Source: Shimia sp. (lineage in GTDB: Bacteria; Pseudomonadota; Alphaproteobacteria; Rhodobacterales; Rhodobacteraceae). Taken from it: a DNA stretch of 64,000 nt. The stretch covers positions 78,536 through 142,535 of the forward strand of contig NZ_CBDDGH010000004.1 in assembly GCF_965227725.1 (NCBI RefSeq). Direction: 5' to 3'. Position 1 is the stretch's first letter; each line of letters begins with the position of its first letter. The position numbers were made by a program, and so were the translations under genes. The notes under the pieces are model-generated. The model saw only the letters and a list, made by a program, of their open reading frames with translations, had not been told where the DNA came from and ran no database searches. Of the stretch, positions 35,262 to 43,709 are shown one piece after another.

Positions 35262-36164
35262 AACAATACCCTCAAACCAATTAACTGAGCATGATACACG
35301 CTTGCCGTGTAACACAATAAATATAATCCCTAAATAGTCACAATTTTTACTTCAGTCAAAGTTGTTAAACATCAAACAACAGAAATCAGAGCAGCCACCC
35401 GATTTCCCAAAATCATAAGCAGGATTTTTCCCGGTCAATTCGGACAGAGACATTTCATCTAAATACGGAAGATATTTCTCTATTGTTTGACCGCAAAGTC
35501 ATTTTGCACGGAAATGCACATAGATTTCACGACACGATCAACTCCCAAAAACCTAGACCCATCGGGACCTTTCGCACTCGCACTTACTTTTCTAGAAGTT
35601 CTTAAAAGAAACCTCTTCAGAAAAGATAGCCCCACCCACCTTACCAGCCCACGTTAGAAATCACGTTCTCAAGGGACCGTCATGGTCGGTTTGACCCAGC
35701 CTCTTGACTCGGGCCGATTGGATATTGAATTTACCACGGAGATCTGCGCGTGCCGCTGAACCAGCGAAGATCAGGTCACTTATTACCACCTAAAAACAGG
35801 GATAATTGGGATCAACTTCTTGGCCTCTGAGATGGCCTGAGCTAAAACTGAGTGATACCCGAAATTATCTTGAAGAACGGTTGCGCTTCAATCTTTGCAG
35901 AAAAGGCTTGCTTTCATCGCCGATCACATCTGCTGGGGAATTCGGCAATCCCTATTTTAAGAAACATCTGAAAAGTTGATAGAACTCACCTTTGCCGGGC
36001 CCAAAAAAACTGACATCGGCAAGCGAAATCTCTCTCCTCCGGAGAAGGCATAGCCCTCATTAACAGAGAGCCTAAAATGAACTGAAACCAAAAAGAGAAC
36101 AAAACGCGCAAATGGAGAAATAGAAACCAAAATACCAATCTAAACCAATGCAACCAACCAAAAG

Positions 36165-36193
36165 TTGAAAGAATCGAATTTATATATTACAAT
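36165..36193 (+). promoter_or_regulatory. Near-consensus sigma70-type promoter TTGAAA-N17-TACAAT
   Basis: Read directly from the sequence: TTGAAA at 36165-36170, a 17-nt AT-rich spacer (gaatcgaatttatatat), TACAAT at 36188-36193. It lies about 40 nt upstream of the mini-ORF start at 36234. Confidence 0.5.
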
Positions 36194-36233
36194 AAACGTT
36201 ACTTAATTCTTCCGATTTAGCGGAGTGATTGCT

Positions 36234-36344
36234 GTGAAGTCAGCCTTGGTATTGATTGTTTTGTGCGCTGCGTTTTTTGCAGCATCCCCTTCCTCGGTGC
36301 ATTCTCAGGTGGGGTGCGACCCTTCGCGCGAACGGTGCCGATAA
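36234..36344 (+). CDS. Candidate mini-ORF: 36-aa secreted pre-peptide (24-aa signal peptide plus 12-aa two-Cys peptide)
   Basis: Below the ORF-track size cut-off. GTG at 36234 follows GGAG (36222-36225) by 8 nt. Codon-by-codon translation gives (M)KSALVLIVLCAAFFAASPSSVHS/QVGCDPSRERCR*, with TAA at 36342-36344. The stop is 17 nt before the next gene. There is no homology evidence. Confidence 0.4.
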   Translation: MKSALVLIVLCAAFFAASPSSVHSQVGCDPSRERCR

Positions 36345-36361
36345 AGTAGCATTGTAACGTC

Positions 36362-38380
36362 ATGTCTACGGACGGTATGCACGACATTGTCGCATTGTTT
36401 TTTGGCGTCGGCATTATAATCGCATTTTCCCATGAACGTTTTAACCGGATCTCCTACGAGACCGGCAAACGTCTTGATCGGCTTGTATCGTTTCTTACAC
36501 CAGATAAATTGCGCGCACGCCGGCAGGTTACCTATGCATATTTTATCTACACGCTTTCGCTGATCATCCTCTATTTGATCTTGTGCGGCTATGCCGAGAT
36601 TCTGCTACCTCTCATCGGGGGGCAAAATCTTTTGCCCGAGATCGGGGCGAGCACTCTGCCCTCTGAAGCGTCGACGAGCCCGCCTCCAGCGTCAGACACC
36701 GCACCCGAACCGACGACGGGTTTCGCCCCCATGGAATCTTCGGCGATCGAGTTCTGGATAGCAAACCTTGAACCCACCGTGAGTTCTGAGCCCGTGGAAA
36801 CCAATTCAGGTGTCAATATCGCGCCCGAAGTCTCCATGGGACTGGCCCTGATCATGGTCGGTCTAGCGCCTTCTATAAAGGCTTTGGTGCGCGTGGATGA
36901 ATGGCTGCGTATGTTTGCCCATCGCGTTGCGGGAATACCGACCTGGGTGATAGATACCTCGGACGCTTTGCGGTCGAACGCCAAGGTTTTACGGTTCTTC
37001 ACGGACAGCGAAGCCGACAATTCCAGCGAATATCTTATTTCAGAACCCGAGCGCAAACGTGTTATAGATTTGCACGAAAAGGCCAAGCCGTTTCTGGGCA
37101 ATCTGGATGATTTCATCCTGAATATCGAGGTCATTCTTGTTGCATCGGCGTGGTTTCTTGATGAAAAGCTGCGGATCACGGGGACCGGTGACAAAAACCG
37201 CTTCGAAGAAATAGAAAATGAGCTTCGTCGCCGAAAGAACGAGTTGTTCAGCAATGCGAATAGTCCCGATCTTTCCCATGAAGGCTGGGAGGCTGTGGCC
37301 ACTGCCGCAGATGAATTGGCCAGCGATTTCTGCGTTCTGATTGCTCTTTATGACGAACAGGACGTCATTCACCCCTATGATCAGCGCCCGGCCCCCACAG
37401 AAAGCCAGCGCCGCGCCCGGGATAGGCTGAGGCAATTCGTAGACGTCCTTTACAAGAACAAGACTGAACCATTGATGCAGCGCCGCGGCAACAATCTGGC
37501 GCTTTTCTGGACACTGGCGATCGTGCTGAGTTGGACAGTCGCCTGGGCGGTGCTGTGGCCGGGGCAAGCGGAATTCAATTTGATCTGGGACACGCTCAGC
37601 AGTGACACCTATCGGAGGATCAGGCTGTATTCGGTCAACGCATTCAACACCTACTGCATCGCCACGATCGTTGCGATCACATTTCGCTGGGTCCGCATGA
37701 CTTCGGTTGCTGAAGACGGCCAGCGAAAATGGGAAAACATGCGCTATCCCAATCACTGGACACGCTGGCTACCGCAGGCACTAAGCCTGTTTTCCATTGC
37801 CTTCTTGGTTTCTACAGCATTGAACATAGCGGTTCAGCTATGGCTCACGGAAACCAGAACACCCGAAGCAGAAGCCTGGCGAATGACATTCGAAGAGTTC
37901 ATAATTTCGATCCGCTGGCGTTTTGAATACATGGGCCCAATTTCTTTCCGCGCGGCATGTTTGGCGCTGCTTGTAACAGTGCTTTTGGATGCGAGGCAGC
38001 GGTTGTGGACCGACGCGGGCCGGTATGAGCAGAAACAGCTCAAGAGACATAAGTCTAGCGACCAGATGAAATCGAATGCCAAAACATGGCGCGAGTTGTC
38101 AATGCTGGACAGTCTGTCTTGGGTCGCGGTGGGAGCGTTGATGATGCTGATCATCACCCCCGTCATGCGCTATCTGTCATTTTTGGCGGCCACGCAGGAC
38201 TATCCTCGAGATTTCGATCATATAGACGCCGGGTTGATGATCTGGGCGACGCTTTACGCCGTTGTTCTGGCAGCTGCGGTGATGTTCTGCCTGTCCGAGG
38301 TACTTACCCGGCGCGCCTTCTATCGTGCCTCAAAGGATCCAGCCGACGGTCGAGTTTTAGAAGCTGCGGGGGAAGAATAA
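36362..38380 (+). CDS. Hypothetical polytopic membrane protein (672 aa), no recognisable domain
   Basis: By eye there are about nine hydrophobic helices: 3 in the first 170 aa and about 6 after residue 390. They are separated by a Pro/Ser/Thr/Glu-rich loop and a ~220-aa charged soluble region. The first ATG has a weak RBS, and ATG 36377 is an alternative. The stop overlaps the next start (TAATG). Confidence 0.7.
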   Translation: MSTDGMHDIVALFFGVGIIIAFSHERFNRISYETGKRLDRLVSFLTPDKLRARRQVTYAYFIYTLSLIILYLILCGYAEILLPLIGGQNLLPEIGASTLPSEASTSPPPASDTAPEPTTGFAPMESSAIEFWIANLEPTVSSEPVETNSGVNIAPEVSMGLALIMVGLAPSIKALVRVDEWLRMFAHRVAGIPTWVIDTSDALRSNAKVLRFFTDSEADNSSEYLISEPERKRVIDLHEKAKPFLGNLDDFILNIEVILVASAWFLDEKLRITGTGDKNRFEEIENELRRRKNELFSNANSPDLSHEGWEAVATAADELASDFCVLIALYDEQDVIHPYDQRPAPTESQRRARDRLRQFVDVLYKNKTEPLMQRRGNNLALFWTLAIVLSWTVAWAVLWPGQAEFNLIWDTLSSDTYRRIRLYSVNAFNTYCIATIVAITFRWVRMTSVAEDGQRKWENMRYPNHWTRWLPQALSLFSIAFLVSTALNIAVQLWLTETRTPEAEAWRMTFEEFIISIRWRFEYMGPISFRAACLALLVTVLLDARQRLWTDAGRYEQKQLKRHKSSDQMKSNAKTWRELSMLDSLSWVAVGALMMLIITPVMRYLSFLAATQDYPRDFDHIDAGLMIWATLYAVVLAAAVMFCLSEVLTRRAFYRASKDPADGRVLEAAGEE

Positions 38381-39627
38381 TGAAAGCCAGTGTCTGGATT
38401 TCACTGTTGAGCTTGGCTTGCCTGCCAGCACTTGCCTTTGGACAAAATATCCAACTTGAGACCGCTGTAAAAGAGGATCGGAAAATCATCATGGGCGCGC
38501 GCACCGATGTGCCGCCATTCATCTGGAAGGACAAAAGAACCCAAAAATACCGCGGGCTTTTTTGGGATATCTGCGTTGAGGCACTCGTGCGCTCAAATCG
38601 GCCATTCGAAACCGTGCCGATTTCGGCGGGGCAACGATCGGACCTTTTGTCCAAAGGCAGTTATTGCACAGAGGACGGCGAGACATACGTCACATGCACC
38701 GCCGAGATCGCGACAGTGGAACTGCTGTGCGATCCGACCACTGTAAATCTGAAACGGATGCAGACCTTCTCAGAAATAGATAACGAAGACCAAGGAGAAG
38801 GCCTGCACCGCTTTGTTTTCTCCCCCATCCTTTATCTGGCAAATGGTTCGTATTTTCAGCTGGGCTATCCAAGAAGAGTGTTTCGTGAACAGCTTGCAAC
38901 GACCCTGAAGCTTAGATGCACTCAGTTCCCCGAGTTGGAGCCTGTTTTTTGCGCCGAGCGCGAACACCCGACCGGTTGGGAATGGCTTCGCCGACCCGAT
39001 ACTGAATCCTTTGAAAAAAAGCCAAGCATAAACTGGACGACTGCCTGTGATGCCATCCTTGAGGCCATGGCGACAGACAAGAACTTGCCGGAAAACACCG
39101 AAGACCCAGAGCGCAAAGTTTGGCCTCCGCAAATCTGGCCGGAGCCGGACCCGGTAAAGCCTGAGTTCGAAATTTGGGGGTACCTCGAAGGGTCGACCAT
39201 CGGTCCGTCAGTTATCAAAGCAGCGGAACTGGCCCCCTCCTCCGTCGGCATTTGCCCCCAAGCTTTTGACTCTCACACCTTAGCCACAGAAGCCTTCTGC
39301 AACGGAAAGATCTACCGCTATTTCGGAGATGTCGATCTCGTTCGAGCGGCGGTCAACGCCTATCGCGCCAACAATACAGATAACGATTGCCCCGCAGACG
39401 AAACGCCCTCTTCTCGTGGGACCTATGAACCCTATGCTTTGGTTCTTTCCAACGAAAAAAGAGGTTTCGCCGAGGACTTCACCCTGGCGCTGTATTCCAT
39501 GTTCACCGATGGCACGATTGCCCAGATGTTCGACGGAAGATTCGGGGAGAGACGTCGGTCTCAGTATCTTGAAACCTTGTTCAGAATTAACAGCATCCCA
39601 ACTGGTGAGGCGAATATCGAGAAATAG
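38380..39627 (+). CDS. Periplasmic solute-binding-protein family 3-like protein, Cys-rich, with large insertion
   Basis: Track ORF 38086..39627 trimmed to ATG 38380 (MKASVWISLLSLACLPALAFG/QN, a signal peptide). SBP_bac_3-like blocks: KIIMGARTDVPPFIWKD, LLCDPTTVNLKR, YEPYALVLSNEKRGFAEDFTLALYSMFTDGTIAQMFDGRFG. The mature part has ten Cys. Confidence 0.7.
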   Translation: MKASVWISLLSLACLPALAFGQNIQLETAVKEDRKIIMGARTDVPPFIWKDKRTQKYRGLFWDICVEALVRSNRPFETVPISAGQRSDLLSKGSYCTEDGETYVTCTAEIATVELLCDPTTVNLKRMQTFSEIDNEDQGEGLHRFVFSPILYLANGSYFQLGYPRRVFREQLATTLKLRCTQFPELEPVFCAEREHPTGWEWLRRPDTESFEKKPSINWTTACDAILEAMATDKNLPENTEDPERKVWPPQIWPEPDPVKPEFEIWGYLEGSTIGPSVIKAAELAPSSVGICPQAFDSHTLATEAFCNGKIYRYFGDVDLVRAAVNAYRANNTDNDCPADETPSSRGTYEPYALVLSNEKRGFAEDFTLALYSMFTDGTIAQMFDGRFGERRRSQYLETLFRINSIPTGEANIEK

Positions 39628-39709
39628 CGCCCCCTTGCATTTATTCGCATTTATAATCTGGCAGCGCCAAACCGAAATCCGCTGATTTTCCCATCCGTTC
39701 ACAAGCCTC

Positions 39710-39748
39710 AAAAACTGCGGTTTGCGGCCCCCGCCGGAGCCGCAAACG
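39710..39748 (-). terminator. Probable rho-independent terminator of the PhzF-family gene (may also stop the convergent + operon)
   Basis: 8-bp stem tttgcggc (39721-39728) / gccgcaaa (39739-39746) with a 10-nt loop. The A-run at 39710-39714 gives a U-run on the minus transcript. It lies 6 nt past the stop at 39754. Confidence 0.55.
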
Positions 39749-39753
39749 CTTGT

Positions 39754-40935
39754 TCAATGTGTTTCGAGCGAGATGTATACATCCATCTCGGCGTCGGGAT
39801 CAAAATCGCTAAGGTCCATGACCGAAAAGAACATCGCGCATACGGGCGACTCCATCTCTTTTTTGACCACGTCCTGATAATCCTCGTGGCTTCGGAACTG
39901 CACGATATCGAGGTATGTGCCGTCAGGTTTGCGCACAAGTTCGCGGCGCAAGATGCCCGGCTCATGGGCGACAAAGTCCCTTTGAAACACGGCCGAAGCC
40001 GCAAGCAGATCTGCCTCTGTTTTTCCTTCAGCAAGTTTGATCGGTGCCAGAACGGTCACCGGTGACGTCGCCTCCCCATCCGCCCTTGGCGTGTCGGGCT
40101 CTATGATCCGGGTCGCCCCTGACACGCGGATCCCTTCGCCCGGTGTGGCACTGAACTGCGCTTTCAACAGCGACCGCGCCCCCATGTCTTCTCCTTGCAC
40201 GATGTCGATCCCACCCTCATGTGGCCAGCCGATATCGCGCAGATAGCCAGACAATGCGGCGGCGGCGGCCCCTGTCGCGGGGTCTTCAGCCACGCCGCCA
40301 ATGGAAAAGGCATTGCGGCTGTGAAAAAGGCGCGGTGTTTCCGCCCACAACAGACTGATCGTCGTCAGATCATGCGCCCGCATGAGCTGCGCACCTTCCG
40401 CCAAATCATATGACATTGCCGCAAGCCTCTGTCTGTCGCGCAATGCAAGGATCAGGTGATTGTTCCCGGCATTGGCGCGCGCGGGTGGCAATGCCGGGTC
40501 AAGATCGGCGGCTTTCAGGCCAAAAAGCGCAAGCCCCGCCGCCACCAGATCCGGGTCCGCCTCAGCGCTGTGAGTGGGAGGAGAGGTCAGCGTGGCGCTG
40601 CCGTCATTTTTGGTTTCCACGCTGATGCGACCCGAATTCAGATCAAGTTGAAACAGTCCGGCACCCTCTCGCGCAGTCAGGGCGTTGCCCAGCGCGATGG
40701 TGGCATGTCCGCAAAAAGCCACCTCTTCCTCGGGCGAGAAGTAGCGCACCCGCCATGCGTCACCCTGAGGCGCGGCGAAGACTGTTTCGGAATATCCCAC
40801 CTCCTGAGCGAGGCGCTGCATTTCAAAGTCGGTGGGAAGCGTATCGCCGAGCACGACACCTGCGGGGTTGCCGCCTGTGGCGCCATCGGAGAAGGCCGCC
40901 ACTCTGAGAACGTTCAGGTTGATGCTATCTTTCAT
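39754..40935 (-). CDS. PhzF-family isomerase fused to a C-terminal ~100-aa ferredoxin-like (ABM/Dabb-like) domain
   Basis: 393-aa ORF. PhzF N-terminal blocks: LRVAAFSDGATGGNPAGVVL, GYSETVFA, RYFSPEEEVAFCGHATIA. The extra C-terminal segment VTVLAPIKLAEGKTEADLL...ILRRELVRKPDGTYLDIVQFRSHEDYQ is assigned to ABM-like only by pattern. Confidence 0.8.
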   Translation of the reverse strand: MKDSINLNVLRVAAFSDGATGGNPAGVVLGDTLPTDFEMQRLAQEVGYSETVFAAPQGDAWRVRYFSPEEEVAFCGHATIALGNALTAREGAGLFQLDLNSGRISVETKNDGSATLTSPPTHSAEADPDLVAAGLALFGLKAADLDPALPPARANAGNNHLILALRDRQRLAAMSYDLAEGAQLMRAHDLTTISLLWAETPRLFHSRNAFSIGGVAEDPATGAAAAALSGYLRDIGWPHEGGIDIVQGEDMGARSLLKAQFSATPGEGIRVSGATRIIEPDTPRADGEATSPVTVLAPIKLAEGKTEADLLAASAVFQRDFVAHEPGILRRELVRKPDGTYLDIVQFRSHEDYQDVVKKEMESPVCAMFFSVMDLSDFDPDAEMDVYISLETH

Positions 40936-41048
40936 GGGTTTGGTCCTTTTTCTGTCATTGCCGTTCAGAACGGGCAGCTCAAATGTGGGATGTCATGGCT
41001 GCCCGTTTGCACTGCCCTGGCAGATCATCACGCCAGGGCCGGGAACCG

Positions 41049-42011
41049 CTACTGGGTGACACGTGCGAGAAATTCCTGCATCTCGGCCGCAATCACATCG
41101 CCATACTCCTCAAGCGCGAAATGACCGGTGTCCAGCAGATGGAATTCCACATCGGTCAGGTCCGCCTTGTAGGGATGGGCGCCATCTGCGGGAAAGATAT
41201 GGTCGTTCTTGCCCCAGACGATCAGCGCCGGCGGCTGATGCTCTTGGAACAGGGCCTGCCACTTGGGGTACTCAGCAACATTGGTGCCGTAGTCCAGGAA
41301 CATCTCCAGTTGCACCTCTTGATTGCCCGGGCGGTCCAGCAGGTACTGAACGTGCCAATAGTTGTCGGGGCTGACTGTAGAGACATCGCCCACACCATGG
41401 GTGAATTGCCATTTGGTTGCGTCAAGCGTCAGAAAGCCACGCAGCGCATCGCCGTTTTCCGTACTGGGATCGGCCCAATAGGCTTTGATCGGATCCCAGA
41501 ATTCGCGCAGGCCTTCATCATAGGCATTGCCGTTTTGAATCACGAACCCCGTGACGCGCTCGGGGTGTTCGGCAAACATGCGATACCCAACAGGCGCGCC
41601 GTAATCCATCAGGTAGACGCTATAGGTGTCGACCCCTTTGGCGTCGATCAGGCGGGTGACGGTTTCCGCGGCATTGGCAAAGCTGTAGTCATAGCTTTCC
41701 GCAGATGGCATGTCCGATGCGCCGTAGCCCAGATAATCCGGTGCAATCACGTGATAATCCTCGGCCAGCACGGGAATGAGGTCGCGGAACATATGCGACG
41801 AGGTGGGAAACCCGTGCAGAAGAAGCACGGTCGGTTTGGACGGATCACCTGCTTCACGATAGGCAATATTGTGCCCGTCAATCTCCATGGATTTCATATC
41901 CACGGCAAAGGGGCTTTCCGCAGCGGTCGCACTGTTGGGGTGGATCATCGGCAATAGCATGGTGCCGGCCAGCAGCGTGGTAAGTACGGGAATACGCAAA
42001 GATTTTGTCAT
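41049..42011 (-). CDS. Alpha/beta-fold hydrolase with signal peptide
   Basis: 320-aa ORF with leader [23 protein letters not shown] and the [10 protein letters not shown] oxyanion block typical of the epoxide-hydrolase/haloalkane-dehalogenase-like subfamily. It has an ATGA overlap with the upstream gene. Confidence 0.85.
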   Translation of the reverse strand: MTKSLRIPVLTTLLAGTMLLPMIHPNSATAAESPFAVDMKSMEIDGHNIAYREAGDPSKPTVLLLHGFPTSSHMFRDLIPVLAEDYHVIAPDYLGYGASDMPSAESYDYSFANAAETVTRLIDAKGVDTYSVYLMDYGAPVGYRMFAEHPERVTGFVIQNGNAYDEGLREFWDPIKAYWADPSTENGDALRGFLTLDATKWQFTHGVGDVSTVSPDNYWHVQYLLDRPGNQEVQLEMFLDYGTNVAEYPKWQALFQEHQPPALIVWGKNDHIFPADGAHPYKADLTDVEFHLLDTGHFALEEYGDVIAAEMQEFLARVTQ

Positions 42012-42661
42012 TGGTCAGTTCCTTTCAAAGTTGGGGTGCCGCGCGCGAGCGTCGCGCGCAGGGCAGAGGTTTCGGCCCGCAGGGCCTCGTTTTCGCGGCG
42101 CAACGCCGCAATCTCTTGGTGCGCCTCATCGACCGTGAGGCGCTGGGGAATATGGCTGGGGCAGTTCCAGTCGAAGGCCTCAACAGTGATCATCACCGCG
42201 CGCTCGGGACGCGCCCGGTAGGATGGGTCATGCAACTGGTCCAGAATTTCGGGATGGTCGTCGCCTTCAATCAGACGCGCGCGGCCCCACAGCTTCAGGC
42301 GGCGGCGGTTGGGGTAGTCCATCAAAATCATCGACAACCGATCATTGCCCGACAGGTTCCCCGCGCTGATATACTGACGGTTTCCGCGATAATCGGCATA
42401 GCCAAGCGTCTGGGACGACAGCACCTTCAGAAAGCCCGCCGGGCCACCGCGAAACTGCACATAAGGCCATCCTGTCTGAGACACCGAGGCCTGATAGAAA
42501 CCGTCACGCGCGGTGATAAAATCGATCTCTTGGGGTCCGAGTTCATCTGGGTAGACCACATCGTCAGACAAGAGCTTGGCATAGGCATCTGCAGAGCCCT
42601 TGCGATGCTGCTGCGAGCGTACGGCAGGCGTAAAGGCGATGGTCGCGAAGGCACGTGCCAT
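42008..42661 (-). CDS. Pyridoxamine 5'-phosphate oxidase-family FMN-binding protein with C-terminal coiled-coil tail
   Basis: Track ORF trimmed to ATG 42661 ([12 protein letters not shown]...), with a perfect AAGGAG upstream. It has the split-barrel pattern [27 protein letters not shown]...[16 protein letters not shown]. Confidence 0.75.
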   Translation of the reverse strand: MARAFATIAFTPAVRSQQHRKGSADAYAKLLSDDVVYPDELGPQEIDFITARDGFYQASVSQTGWPYVQFRGGPAGFLKVLSSQTLGYADYRGNRQYISAGNLSGNDRLSMILMDYPNRRRLKLWGRARLIEGDDHPEILDQLHDPSYRARPERAVMITVEAFDWNCPSHIPQRLTVDEAHQEIAALRRENEALRAETSALRATLARGTPTLKGTDQ

Positions 42662-42803
42662 AGCGTTCTCCTTTCGGAAACTCATTCATTCGTCTTGGTT
42701 GGGATGCCCGACTGGGCTGTTTCTGAATGTAAATGTGCGCATCACACCGCAATTTGACAAACGACAATGTCTATCGCAGGGTTAGAAAAACTAGGTCATA
42801 GCC

Positions 42804-43709
42804 ATGCACCGCAAAAACTACCCTCTGAACGCACTCCGCGCTTTCGAAGCGTCCGCGCGCCATCTCAGCTTTGTGGCAGCCGCCGAAGAGCTGTCTGTCA
42901 CACCGGCAGCGATCAGCCACCAGGTCAAAAAACTTGAGGAGTTCCTCGGCTTCCCGCTGTTTCGGCGGCGGACGCGCGGCTTGGTTCTTGTCGAGGCTGG
43001 GCAGCTTCTCGCCAAAGAGCTGCACGCGGTGTTCATCAGTCTCGATCGCACCATGGAAAACGTGATGGAGGCAGATCAAGGCGGCTCACTCGCCCTCTCC
43101 GTCGCGCCTACTTTCGCCGCGATGTGGCTGATCCCGAAGCTGCAGAAGTTCTATACGGAACATCCAGATATCGATGTGCGCATTTCTACTGGCCTGAGTC
43201 TGGTGGATTTTCAACGCGACGATTTTGACGCCGCCATTCGCCTCGGCCACGGCCAATGGCCCGGCCTTGAAGCCATCAAGCTCTTTGATGAGGCGGTTAT
43301 TCCCATGTGCAGCCCCAGTCTTCTTGAAGGCCCCAACGCGATCAGAACGCCGTCTGATCTTCGAAAACATGTCCTGCTGCACAACCACTCAATGGATTTT
43401 GACCCGAACGCACCAACTTGGCAGACCTGGCTGGACGCAAGCGAAACAACCGACGTAGACGCCTCGCGCGGGATGCACTTCAGCTTACCGGACCATGGGC
43501 TGCAGGCCGCCATCGATGGCGCGGGTGTTGTCCTTGGCTGGCGAGTCCTGTCGGCAAAAGACGTCCAAGCCGGACGCGTGGTCGAGCTCTTCGACTTAGC
43601 AATCCCCTTGGGATCAACCTTTTACCTTGTCTATCCCGAAGCGCATTCACGACGCCCAAACATCGCAGCGCTCCGCGACTGGATGTTCCGGGAGCTGAAA
43701 AACGCCTGA
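42804..43709 (+). CDS. LysR family transcriptional regulator (GcvA/AmpR-like)
   Basis: 301-aa ORF with the N-terminal wHTH PLNALRAFEASARHLSFVAAAEELSVTPAAISHQVKKLEEFLGFPLFRR. Confidence 0.9.
   Translation: MHRKNYPLNALRAFEASARHLSFVAAAEELSVTPAAISHQVKKLEEFLGFPLFRRRTRGLVLVEAGQLLAKELHAVFISLDRTMENVMEADQGGSLALSVAPTFAAMWLIPKLQKFYTEHPDIDVRISTGLSLVDFQRDDFDAAIRLGHGQWPGLEAIKLFDEAVIPMCSPSLLEGPNAIRTPSDLRKHVLLHNHSMDFDPNAPTWQTWLDASETTDVDASRGMHFSLPDHGLQAAIDGAGVVLGWRVLSAKDVQAGRVVELFDLAIPLGSTFYLVYPEAHSRRPNIAALRDWMFRELKNA

Noticed and set aside
36377-36379. Alternative start (ATG 36377, MHDIVALFF...) for the 672-aa membrane protein.
   Set aside because: It is not rejected outright. Both ATGs have weak RBS-like sequence, and I kept the upstream ATG 36362 because of its 17-nt coupling distance to the mini-ORF stop. 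The choice does not change the interpretation.
38086-38379. N-terminal 98-codon extension of the SBP-like ORF given in the track (38086..39627).
   Set aside because: The extension overlaps the 3' end of the 672-aa gene in another frame and is Arg/Ser-rich. The internal ATG at 38380 gives a textbook signal peptide and a TAATG coupling junction. The same logic was used to trim 46708..47394 (SDR), 54838..55164 (HpcH aldolase) and 59867..59938 (BMP SBP).
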